This document shows positions 7,440 to 16,160 of a DNA stretch of 22,173 nucleotides, one piece after another (positions within the stretch are counted from its first letter, which is position 1; each line of letters opens with the position of its first letter). The notes under the pieces were generated by a model. The model was not told the DNA's origin. It saw only the letters and a list, made by a program, of their open reading frames with translations, and searched no databases. Made by a program: the position numbers and the translations under genes. The DNA comes from an archaeon (GTDB taxonomy: Archaea > Asgardarchaeota > Thorarchaeia > Thorarchaeales > Thorarchaeaceae), in the NCBI GenBank assembly GCA_024276825.1, contig JAJRWI010000005.1, positions 1-22,173 of the forward strand, given 5' to 3'.

Positions 7440-10400
7440 CTATTTGCGCCTTCTTGCAAAGACCAGTACGATCACAAGAAGAGCCACAGCACCTCCAACG
7501 ATGAGGTACATGCTACGAATGTTGGTTGTAGTAAATGGTTCCTCTGTGGGTGTGTACTGAGCACTTGTGTAGGACACAAACACTGGGTCGCAGATAATGT
7601 CTTCACCGCCCCAATTAGTATAGCCTGCAGTCATGAAGAGCATTGAGGCATCGACAGTCCAATCAGTTACAGTGTTGCCTGAATTAGACTCGTAGAACAG
7701 GCTGAAAGCGCCAATTGGTGCCGTTGAGGATCCAGAGGTGTAGACCGTTGAGTGCCCATCTCCACCCCAGGTGTATGGAAGACCACCCATTGATACATTG
7801 GCAAATGGGCTGTTCTCAGCACCGAACTCGTAATAGTTTGCTGATTCACTATCACCATTTGTATCGGTGACCGGCTTCTCTCCAGCCCTATACTCTGTTC
7901 TTGTGACTGTACCCAGTATTCCAAAGAAGTTTACGGCAAGACCGCGTCCCTCAAGTGCAGTCTGGTTGAAGTCCAGTAGGGTCCAATCGCCAATCCTCTG
8001 GTCGATCTTGAATGACACAGCATGGTTCCACTTGGTTGGGTCTAATGGGTCATATTCAACCATGTCCACATTGAATGTGATATCAAATGACATCTCGTCA
8101 ATTGTGGCATGGGTGATCCAATAGTCAAAGTTGGTGCTGTTCAAGCCAAGCGCGCCCTCATAGGACTCACGGAATGCCCATGGACCTCTAAGTCCATCAG
8201 AGTGTTCAACTTTGATTGGGTAAATTGTCACATTGACATCACGAATTGTGATTCCAAATGAAACTTCTGTTGAAGGATCAACTATGACATCGCCAGTGTC
8301 ATTGGTCGCTCCGAATGGGCGCCTTAGCTCTAGCGAATCAATGCTATCAATGAGTACAATGTGAGTCACCTCATCTGTGACAATCTTGCCATCAACAATT
8401 TCGAAGTCAGGAGCACCCTCTGCAGGATTTGTTGGGTCATCATTGAATAGAAGCATTCCTGCATATCTGGCTCTGAACGTAGCAGCCATAGTGGTATTTT
8501 CATCAATACTAACAAGAAATGCTTGTTGAGTGCCCCAAGCAAACCAAGTGGTGTGCCATTCATTTGAGTCTAGGCCTGTGATCCCTGTTAGGTCGAGAGT
8601 TCGGTTCTCGGTCAGCCAAGCAACCCATTCATAACCAGGTACGGGCATGCCTTGTGTCACATTGGCCCACATAGTGGCCCTGATCTCGTCCATTTCAGTT
8701 GAGTTGACCAAGCTCATGTCACTGGCATGGTACCAGTAGAACTCCTCATGGGCTTCGAACTCGAGAAATAGATCTCTTACACCCATCCAGCTCCATGAAA
8801 CAAACTCATCACCGGGTACTGCGGGAGATGGATCAAAGCCAACACCAACGATCATTCCTTCGGTATTTATGGTCACATTATCAGACCAGAATCCCGTACG
8901 TTTCACAAAGTACTGGTCATCGGTCGTATAGGTATTACCATCGAGATCGATAGCGCCATCAGCAGTCACCGTCCACAGTGGTGGTCTCCAGAAGTCAACT
9001 TCACCGAGCCTCATGTTATAGGGACTCCAGAGAGCATCTCCTGAAATGTCACGGACTATATAGTGGTCAATCCAATCTTCATATTCTTCAGGCTGCAACC
9101 ACGATGGCAATACCCAATCAGAACCATTCCATATTCGAATGTTCTGAATATAGCCAACAGAAATATGCGCCTCATTAAGCACCATTGAAGGGGCATTAAG
9201 ACTGAAATTGAACAATATTTTGAGAACTATTAGGTTTTCTTCGGTGTCTATGCTGAAGTCAATGACATTCCAAAGGTTCGTGGTGACTACTGTTTCATCA
9301 ACAAGTTCTCCACCTCTAAGAAATGTCTTCGTTATCAGTGTTGTATATGTTTGCGAGGTCATGTTCTCAAAGAATAAGGTCATATTGTATATCACTTCAC
9401 TCTGCCAGAAGTGGGTTTCATTGCTTCCACCTCCACGACCCTTGACCTCAATTGAGAATGTAGATAGTTCATTCGTGATATTGAATGCAAGACCACTATG
9501 GTAAATAACGGTTGAACCATTGACTTCCTGAATTGGCTTGTGCACTTGAAGTGTCATGTTCAGGGTTTCACCCTGCTTGGCAATTTCTGCTATTTCGCCG
9601 TTTTCATTGAACACGAAGGCTTCAATAAAATCAGCCAAATATGCAAGGCGAACAGTCTGCTTCTCTGCAACTTCCGGACGAACCTGAAGCCGCTCGCCAT
9701 CCTCGGCAACTACTTTGACCAATGCCATCTCTGGACTTATCACATTGCCAATTTTGAATGGATCAGCATTCATGTCCGTATTATTGGTAAAGTAGCCTGC
9801 CCATTCAATAGTGGTGTTTCCATTGCTTGCTCCTGTAAAGGTCCCATTCGCTATGAAATACTTTGACAAATCAAGTGAAGAGTTGTAGGTTATTCCAAAG
9901 TTCGGGAACCAGATTCCAATGTCATCTTGTATCTCAGTCCATTCATACTTGATGTCAGGATATCCCAATACTACATGGACACCTGTTTCATTGAACTGGA
10001 AGAACAATGTTGGCGGATGTCTAATACTGACGGTTTCCATTTGCACATCCTTCTCAAACATGGTTTCAGGCCATCCAACGGGCTGAGTGTAATTAACCCA
10101 TTGTAGCAGATTTGTTGCCCAGTCAACGATTGTGAATGGTATAAGCACTTCACTCAAAGGTTTGCTTGCCAGTATTCGCATGACGAATGTATCATTGACT
10201 CCAGCAAAATGAAGTATTTCACCATTGACATCAGTGATCTCGGCATAGTAGTAGTTTGGCAACTGAAAGTCCCTCGGGTTAACAACCGTTCCTAGTGCAA
10301 TTGGCGGTGATACAAAAGACCCTGATTGAAGACGTGCCAACCAAGATGGTGATGATGGTCTACCCTCCTGATCAATGGCTTGCATGCCCGTCCAAAATAC

Positions 10401-10970
10401 ATCTTCAACAACTGCTTCTATGAAGGTAATGGAGAATATGACTTTGTACTCGCTGTCAGTTTCGATGTAGGTGGACTCTGAAACATTCAATTCAAGGAAA
10501 TGTCCCGTCGATGGCTCTTGACTGCCAGGTTGATAATAGACACTTATGTAATTCCAATCATCAGCCGTTGCATTGTACTCCAATACAAAAATCGGAGTTC
10601 TTGGCCGATGAGTAGTGCCCCAGAATCTTAGGGTGTCAAGAGTATTACCCTCTCCCATGAAGGACTTTGGAACCGTTATGTTGACATACAATCCTGTTCC
10701 CACATTGACTGTGAAGTGGTTATCAGCGATTGAAGTCAAGTTATTTTTATAGCCAACCCAAATTTCTGGCTGCGGTCCAAAGATCCACTGGGAGTTTTGC
10801 GCCTCGTGTGATTCAGTGGTTGTTTCATTGATAACATTCCATGTCACATGTGTATATGCGTCTTCTGCTGCTTGAGCAGTCACAAGACTCATGTTTGACA
10901 TGGTTGCAAACACACTGAACACTAGCAGAGAGATGATTAATATCGTACTTGACTTTCTCATGTTCATCAT
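7440..10970 (-). CDS. Large secreted, C-terminally anchored surface glycoprotein (S-layer-like)
   Basis: Signal peptide MMNMRKSSTILIISLLVFSVFATMSNMSLVTAQA after an AGGAG RBS (start 10970, 10967 or 10961, not 11072). Acidic beta-rich body with roughly 30 N-x-S/T sequons, Thr/Pro linker (YTPTEEPFTTT), C-terminal TM helix and RRRK tail. Confidence 0.8.
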   Translation of the reverse strand: MMNMRKSSTILIISLLVFSVFATMSNMSLVTAQAAEDAYTHVTWNVINETTTESHEAQNSQWIFGPQPEIWVGYKNNLTSIADNHFTVNVGTGLYVNITVPKSFMGEGNTLDTLRFWGTTHRPRTPIFVLEYNATADDWNYISVYYQPGSQEPSTGHFLELNVSESTYIETDSEYKVIFSITFIEAVVEDVFWTGMQAIDQEGRPSSPSWLARLQSGSFVSPPIALGTVVNPRDFQLPNYYYAEITDVNGEILHFAGVNDTFVMRILASKPLSEVLIPFTIVDWATNLLQWVNYTQPVGWPETMFEKDVQMETVSIRHPPTLFFQFNETGVHVVLGYPDIKYEWTEIQDDIGIWFPNFGITYNSSLDLSKYFIANGTFTGASNGNTTIEWAGYFTNNTDMNADPFKIGNVISPEMALVKVVAEDGERLQVRPEVAEKQTVRLAYLADFIEAFVFNENGEIAEIAKQGETLNMTLQVHKPIQEVNGSTVIYHSGLAFNITNELSTFSIEVKGRGGGSNETHFWQSEVIYNMTLFFENMTSQTYTTLITKTFLRGGELVDETVVTTNLWNVIDFSIDTEENLIVLKILFNFSLNAPSMVLNEAHISVGYIQNIRIWNGSDWVLPSWLQPEEYEDWIDHYIVRDISGDALWSPYNMRLGEVDFWRPPLWTVTADGAIDLDGNTYTTDDQYFVKRTGFWSDNVTINTEGMIVGVGFDPSPAVPGDEFVSWSWMGVRDLFLEFEAHEEFYWYHASDMSLVNSTEMDEIRATMWANVTQGMPVPGYEWVAWLTENRTLDLTGITGLDSNEWHTTWFAWGTQQAFLVSIDENTTMAATFRARYAGMLLFNDDPTNPAEGAPDFEIVDGKIVTDEVTHIVLIDSIDSLELRRPFGATNDTGDVIVDPSTEVSFGITIRDVNVTIYPIKVEHSDGLRGPWAFRESYEGALGLNSTNFDYWITHATIDEMSFDITFNVDMVEYDPLDPTKWNHAVSFKIDQRIGDWTLLDFNQTALEGRGLAVNFFGILGTVTRTEYRAGEKPVTDTNGDSESANYYEFGAENSPFANVSMGGLPYTWGGDGHSTVYTSGSSTAPIGAFSLFYESNSGNTVTDWTVDASMLFMTAGYTNWGGEDIICDPVFVSYTSAQYTPTEEPFTTTNIRSMYLIVGGAVALLVIVLVFARRRK

Positions 10971-11111
10971 ACTCCTTCTAGTGTTGCACTTCTTGTTTTG
11001 CATTGGTTCTGCATTTTCAGATGTACAACTTCCTAGTGGATACTTGATACGAATGTCATTTATGACACTCACTGATGGAAAAAACCGACATTCTGCAAGG
11101 ATATTTGCACC

Positions 11112-11130
11112 ATTTTTCTATATAACCATT
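11112..11130 (-). promoter_or_regulatory. Putative TATA box for the surface-protein gene
   Basis: Minus strand AATGGTTATATAGAAAAAT in the intergenic gap, about 150 bp upstream of the start codon. Confidence 0.4.
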
Positions 11131-11183
11131 ATGTGTATCTAGAAACAACCTGGATTACCCATCAACATCTCAATAGAATGAGT

Positions 11184-13199
11184 TCAGAACTCTTCGAAAT
11201 AGACACGGAGGAGTTCAGCCACATTTCTGGCACGAGAAACGCAGCCGCGATCACGGTGAGGCTTGGCTCCGTCAAACATATCAGAAACAGTGCCCAAACA
11301 ACCTCTTCTGATAGTGTTCAGTACGGGTCGGAAATAGTGCTCGTTTGCAAAGGTTATATTGTCAGGAGTCCGTCCATTTATGTTTAGATAGGCTGAGATA
11401 AATGGACCAATTAACCAAGGATGTACAGTGCCTTGGTGAGTTGAACCTGCACGGGCCCTCTTGCCCCCAGTGTGAGCCCTGGCAAATCTGCGATCTCTTG
11501 GTGAGAGAGTCCTCAGTCCAAAAGGAGTGAGGAGTTCAGCTTCAACCACCTTGAATACTTTCCTTGCAATCTCCAGCTCAAGCAATTGAAATGGAAGACT
11601 AATTGCAAAAATCTGATTAGGTCTCAAGGAGTCATCAACATCATCATCTCTGATCACATCATAAAGATAGCCCAACTCTTCATTCCAAAAAGACTGAACA
11701 AACGCCTCTTTGACCCATTGAGCAATGGCAAGGAATTCAAAGGAGTCTCTGCCAACCATTTCTGCAAGCTCGCCCATCATCATCAGTGCATTATACCAGA
11801 GTGCATTGACTTCAACGCACTTTCCAATTCTAGGAGTGGCGCACCAGCTCCCAATCCGTTCATTCATCCAACTGACTTCAACGCCTTCAATACCTGAATA
11901 TATCAGACCATCATGATCCTCATGGATGTTGTATTTTGTTCCAATACGAAATGATGTAATGATTGACTCGCATGTATCCCAAATAAGACCTCGCAGGAAT
12001 TCCAAGTCATTAGTGACCTTCATGTAATTCCACACATCATAAATGAACCACAAAGATGCATCGACTGAATCGTACTCAGGTTGAATTCCCCGATCTGGAA
12101 AATCATTAGCAACAAGACCATATCTTGAATATCTGGCATATGTCTGCAGTATGTCTCTTGCATCCTGAAACCTGCCTATGGCCACAGTGAGACCTGAGTG
12201 TGAGATCAATGCATCAAGACCAATGTCTGCAAGATTGTGATAACCCGCTATGACTGACTTGAGTCCGGTTGTCGCACGATCAACAATAAAAGAGTCTGCA
12301 TTGTAGATGAGCCACTCGATATCTTCATCACGTTCCTTGTCTGTTAGGGAGAATGCGCGGTCATTGAGGATTTTTCGTCGTTTCAGTTCTTCAAAACGAA
12401 GCTTTGCAAAATCCTTCCTCTTTGCACTTGCATATGAACCAAGGTCCGCCATCAATTCTTTTCTTGAGGGTCCAACAGCAAAGAGAAATGAGAGATAATG
12501 CGACCCAGGCTCGAGAACCGTGTGAAACACTCCAGGAATATACAGTTCTTCCATATGTGCATCGCCATGAGCCTTATCTTTTCTATAGACCTGCTGGTGG
12601 GTCACCCTGATCTTTGATGGCGCGAACTCTGCATCGGGTGTATAGCAGTACATCCAAGGACTATCATTTCGATCATCAAAGGCATAGTAAGATCGCTCAT
12701 TAACAGGCTCGTATTCTGGAGTAAAATCAAGATGTGGAGGTCTGTCATAGAGGTCTCTGCAGGTCTGGAGTGGAGTGACCGTGAACACGATCTCGTCCTT
12801 GTTCTCAAGTTCGTAATTGACCACTGTCCAATTCTTGCGATAGACCATGAACACAGTCTTCCTCATGGTGACAGTGTCTGTTGCAAATGTCATCTCAGGC
12901 AATGGACCTAATTCGAAGCGCGTAAGAAAACGATACCCACGTCGCTCAACCCCCTTGATTGTCTGTTCAGTACTGAGATTCGTTTCGCCCTCTGATGTCG
13001 CAATCACCTCATCAAGACGAGCAAGAGTAAGCCATCGATTGACTGGTGGACTTAGAGATGAGATCAACAAACCATGAAAACCGCGTGTGTTCAGACCAAC
13101 GATTGTGGAAGATGCATAGCCGCCTAGACCATTTGTATAAAGCCATTCGAAAGTGACTGCTCTATTTAGTCTTAGATCGGCACCTTCCAAAGCAATCAA
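11184..13199 (-). CDS. Archaeal-type glycogen debranching enzyme (amylo-alpha-1,6-glucosidase, GDE_N + GDE_C) homolog with degenerate active site
   Basis: EWLYTNGLGGYASST..G.NTR.FHGLL, SVIAGY, SVDASLWF, TPRIGKCVEVNALWYNAL, LRPNQIFAISLP, LLTPFGLRTLSP. TTG start with AGGAG RBS. Confidence 0.88.
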   Translation of the reverse strand: MIALEGADLRLNRAVTFEWLYTNGLGGYASSTIVGLNTRGFHGLLISSLSPPVNRWLTLARLDEVIATSEGETNLSTEQTIKGVERRGYRFLTRFELGPLPEMTFATDTVTMRKTVFMVYRKNWTVVNYELENKDEIVFTVTPLQTCRDLYDRPPHLDFTPEYEPVNERSYYAFDDRNDSPWMYCYTPDAEFAPSKIRVTHQQVYRKDKAHGDAHMEELYIPGVFHTVLEPGSHYLSFLFAVGPSRKELMADLGSYASAKRKDFAKLRFEELKRRKILNDRAFSLTDKERDEDIEWLIYNADSFIVDRATTGLKSVIAGYHNLADIGLDALISHSGLTVAIGRFQDARDILQTYARYSRYGLVANDFPDRGIQPEYDSVDASLWFIYDVWNYMKVTNDLEFLRGLIWDTCESIITSFRIGTKYNIHEDHDGLIYSGIEGVEVSWMNERIGSWCATPRIGKCVEVNALWYNALMMMGELAEMVGRDSFEFLAIAQWVKEAFVQSFWNEELGYLYDVIRDDDVDDSLRPNQIFAISLPFQLLELEIARKVFKVVEAELLTPFGLRTLSPRDRRFARAHTGGKRARAGSTHQGTVHPWLIGPFISAYLNINGRTPDNITFANEHYFRPVLNTIRRGCLGTVSDMFDGAKPHRDRGCVSRARNVAELLRVYFEEF

Positions 13200-13439
13200 G
13201 TCGATATCTCCTTACTTACTTGACACGAGTTATGGCACTTTAACCTTGCGAGTCAATAGACAAGCTGCAATTGAATATTTTGTATTATTGAGAATCAAAG
13301 CGTAAACACTAACAATTGAATCGGATAATAGTCTATTATTTCAGCTAATTTTCAAACTAGAATAATTGGAAATAATTGTATCAATTGTCAGCATTTATCA
13401 ACACAGCAGTTGGCTTAATGGAGTGGAGCAAAAAGAAGG

Positions 13440-14348
13440 ATGCAGACAACGAGTCCGACCACACCACCGCTATTAAGTAGTGATCCAATTGGATACATAA
13501 TGTACTATATGGGTCAATTCGGAAATCTCATACCTTTGATCATATGGCTTGTGTTCTTGTTAATTCTCTATTTCATTGTGATACGTTTCATCAAACGCAC
13601 ACTGAAAGCAGTGGGCATGGGCCCAGGAGCATCAACAGGAATCTCTCTTGGTATTCGACTTGTGTTTTTTGTTATAATAATCACTGTTTCAGTTGAACTC
13701 CTACAGCCTGATGTTGCTGCATTTCTATCATTGACTGCCATATTTGGAACTGCAATGGGTCTTGCATTCTCACAGGCATTGGGAAACATAGTCAGTGGAC
13801 TGTATGTCTTAATGGCACGACCATTTCAAATAGGTGACTATGTAAGGATTGGCAACATTGAAGGAATTGTTCGCGAGATCACTTTGAACTATACACTGAT
13901 TCTTTTGCCTGATGAAACCGTTCAGCTTGTACCAAATAGTAGAATTGTCACCAGCGAGGTGACCAATTTCAAAATCAATATAGATGACTACATCGAAACA
14001 ATGCAGCAGGACACTGAGGAAGCAAAGAAGGACAGGGATTATAGTGACATTCTTCGAAATGCAGTTCATCAGCTCAGAAAACTTGCGCATGATGATGATG
14101 CTTATCGCTATACCTTCGATTTAACATATCACATGAGTTTTGATCACGGCGAACTACGAAAGCACTTTGACAGAATTTGCGAGAAGTGGAAATCAGTCTT
14201 TTTAATAAAGCCAAGCTATCAAGTCTGGGCGGCACCCAACGCAGGTCTCACCTACAGATTTGCAATTATTGTAAGTAATCCAATGACAATAATCAAGCGT
14301 GTATCAGATTTTATGAGTGATCTTACGATTATCTATGACAAAGCGTGA
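13440..14348 (+). CDS. mscS: Small-conductance mechanosensitive channel family protein
   Basis: Three N-terminal TM helices, then GLAFSQALGNIVSGLYVLMARPFQIGDYVRIGNIEGIVREITL...VPNSRI, the MscS signature region. Confidence 0.9.
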   Translation: MQTTSPTTPPLLSSDPIGYIMYYMGQFGNLIPLIIWLVFLLILYFIVIRFIKRTLKAVGMGPGASTGISLGIRLVFFVIIITVSVELLQPDVAAFLSLTAIFGTAMGLAFSQALGNIVSGLYVLMARPFQIGDYVRIGNIEGIVREITLNYTLILLPDETVQLVPNSRIVTSEVTNFKINIDDYIETMQQDTEEAKKDRDYSDILRNAVHQLRKLAHDDDAYRYTFDLTYHMSFDHGELRKHFDRICEKWKSVFLIKPSYQVWAAPNAGLTYRFAIIVSNPMTIIKRVSDFMSDLTIIYDKA

Positions 14349-14385
14349 ATCTATTATGATCTACACTGCTAATCATGGGCTGAGT

Positions 14386-15027
14386 CTAGACATTTGAAAG
14401 CAGATCATTCTTGACGACATGAACTGCATCGACTGCATCACGCGCATAGCCATCTGCACCGATTGATTTGGCAAAGTCGTCAGTCACAGGACCACCACCC
14501 ACAATGACTTTCACATCAAGATCACTCTTTCGGATAGCATCAACCACTTGTTTCATTGAGCTCAGAGATGTTGTCATTAGAGCAGAAATGCCAACAATGT
14601 CAGCATTACTCTCTTTCGCAGCTTCAATGAATTTCTCAACAGGTGCATCTTCACCAATATCGACTACATTAAGACCAGAAGCCCTCAACATTGAAGCAAC
14701 TAGATTCTTCCCAAGTGAGTGAATATCGCCTTTGCAAGTTCCTATTACAATTGTGCCCAATTCAGAGCCCTCTTTTTTCAACAGGGGCTCTACAATGGAC
14801 ATCACGGTTTCAAAGGCCTTGGTTGACATCAGCATCTCAGGGATGAAATATTCTCCATCCTGATACAACTCGCCAACCTTCTCCATCGCTGGATAGCATG
14901 CTTTCATGATAGTATCAAGTGGCGGAATGTTTTCTTTAATAGCCTCCCTTGTCAGTCCTTCTGCAGTCTTACGGTCACCTTCTATGACTGCCTTTCTGAT
15001 CTTCGCTAAAATATCTGATTCACTCAA
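14386..15027 (-). CDS. Corrinoid (B12-binding) methyl-carrier protein, MtaC/MtbC/MttC-like
   Basis: Cap domain (MEKVGELYQDGEYFIPEML) plus B12 motif GDIHSLGKNLV (DxHxxG), SALMTT and VIVGGGPV. Likely TTG start at 15027 after a GGGAG RBS (track start 15048). Confidence 0.93.
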   Translation of the reverse strand: MSESDILAKIRKAVIEGDRKTAEGLTREAIKENIPPLDTIMKACYPAMEKVGELYQDGEYFIPEMLMSTKAFETVMSIVEPLLKKEGSELGTIVIGTCKGDIHSLGKNLVASMLRASGLNVVDIGEDAPVEKFIEAAKESNADIVGISALMTTSLSSMKQVVDAIRKSDLDVKVIVGGGPVTDDFAKSIGADGYARDAVDAVHVVKNDLLSNV

Positions 15028-15128
15028 CTTTCTATACTCCCAGTGCATTCATTTCAAGCAAAGCAATTATTAGCCATGGTTTATATTTCCTTTGATTGAC
15101 TTTAATAATTCAAGGAGTGAAGATTAAG

Positions 15129-16139
15129 TTGACTTTAACAAGTCCAATTGACTTAATTTTGGAAACAATGCGGTTTAATGAACCAGAAAGAGTCCCTATC
15201 CTGCCATTGGTGGGATTGTTTGCCTCGCCAGTAGCAAATGTTCCAATCAATGAGATGCTGACCGATGCAAATAATCAAACACGGGCACTATTGCATGTCT
15301 TAAGGAAGCACTCTTATGATGGTGTATTTAATGTCATGGATCTCACGGCTGAAGCTGAGGCCCTGGGTGCAAAGATAGAATTTCCAAAAAACAAATTTCC
15401 ATATGTTTCGAAACATCCAATCTCAGATGCTTCAGCAGTCTTCGATACAAGGCCCTTGAAAATCTCCGGAACACGATTAGAGGTATTTGTGGACACAACG
15501 CGTATGCTCAGTTCAGAAGTTGGCAATACACATCTAGTAAGTAGTTATGTAATTGGGCCATTCACGCTTGCAGGTCATTTACTTGGTGTACATCATTTAC
15601 TAGAATTGCTCATGCAAGATGCTGACCTAACTCGAGATATAGTGAATCATTGTGTTGAAATCCTATCATACTATGTTGATTCACTGATTGATGCGGGTGC
15701 TCATAATATTGTCATTCTTGAACCAACCGCCAGTAACAGCATAATCTCACCACGACACTTTCGGGATATCGTTTTCCCGTCAATCAAGAAACAAATAGAT
15801 CAAATCCATTCATCAAATTCTAAGGCAACATTACATATCTGTGGAAAGACTCAGAGAATAATCGGGGATATGTGCAATACGGGAGCAGATGCATTGAGCA
15901 TCGACTCTCATGTAAACCTGCAAGAGGCAAAAGAAGTGGCATATGGAAAAAGTGTGTTGATCGGAAATGTTGATACCTCTTTGCTATTGGAGGGCAATCG
16001 TGATGAAGTTGCAAAGGCTGCAAAGTCATGTATTGAAGCAGCTGCCGCAGGAGGAGGTTTTATTCTCAGCAGCGGCTGCGACTTCCCAATTGAAACCCCT
16101 GAGGACAATTTAATAGCACTCATTTCAGCTGCAAAGTGA
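15129..16139 (+). CDS. MtaA/MtbA/CmuA-like methylcobamide methyltransferase (UroD superfamily, MT2)
   Basis: DLTAEAEALGA, GPFTLA, zinc ligands LHICG (HxC) and GFILSSGC (third ligand Cys), LIGNVD. Likely TTG start at 15129 after a GGAGTGA RBS. Confidence 0.88.
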   Translation: MTLTSPIDLILETMRFNEPERVPILPLVGLFASPVANVPINEMLTDANNQTRALLHVLRKHSYDGVFNVMDLTAEAEALGAKIEFPKNKFPYVSKHPISDASAVFDTRPLKISGTRLEVFVDTTRMLSSEVGNTHLVSSYVIGPFTLAGHLLGVHHLLELLMQDADLTRDIVNHCVEILSYYVDSLIDAGAHNIVILEPTASNSIISPRHFRDIVFPSIKKQIDQIHSSNSKATLHICGKTQRIIGDMCNTGADALSIDSHVNLQEAKEVAYGKSVLIGNVDTSLLLEGNRDEVAKAAKSCIEAAAAGGGFILSSGCDFPIETPEDNLIALISAAK

Positions 16140-16160
16140 ATTATGCGATGTGGCTATCAA

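Noticed and set aside
10971-11072. N-terminal 34-aa extension of the surface protein in the ORF track
   Set aside because: The RBS and signal peptide point to a start at 10970-10961.
13260-13390. Several CAATTG/TAATTG hexamers in the divergent GDE/MscS intergenic region
   Set aside because: Irregular spacing in AT-rich DNA; cannot be separated from background.
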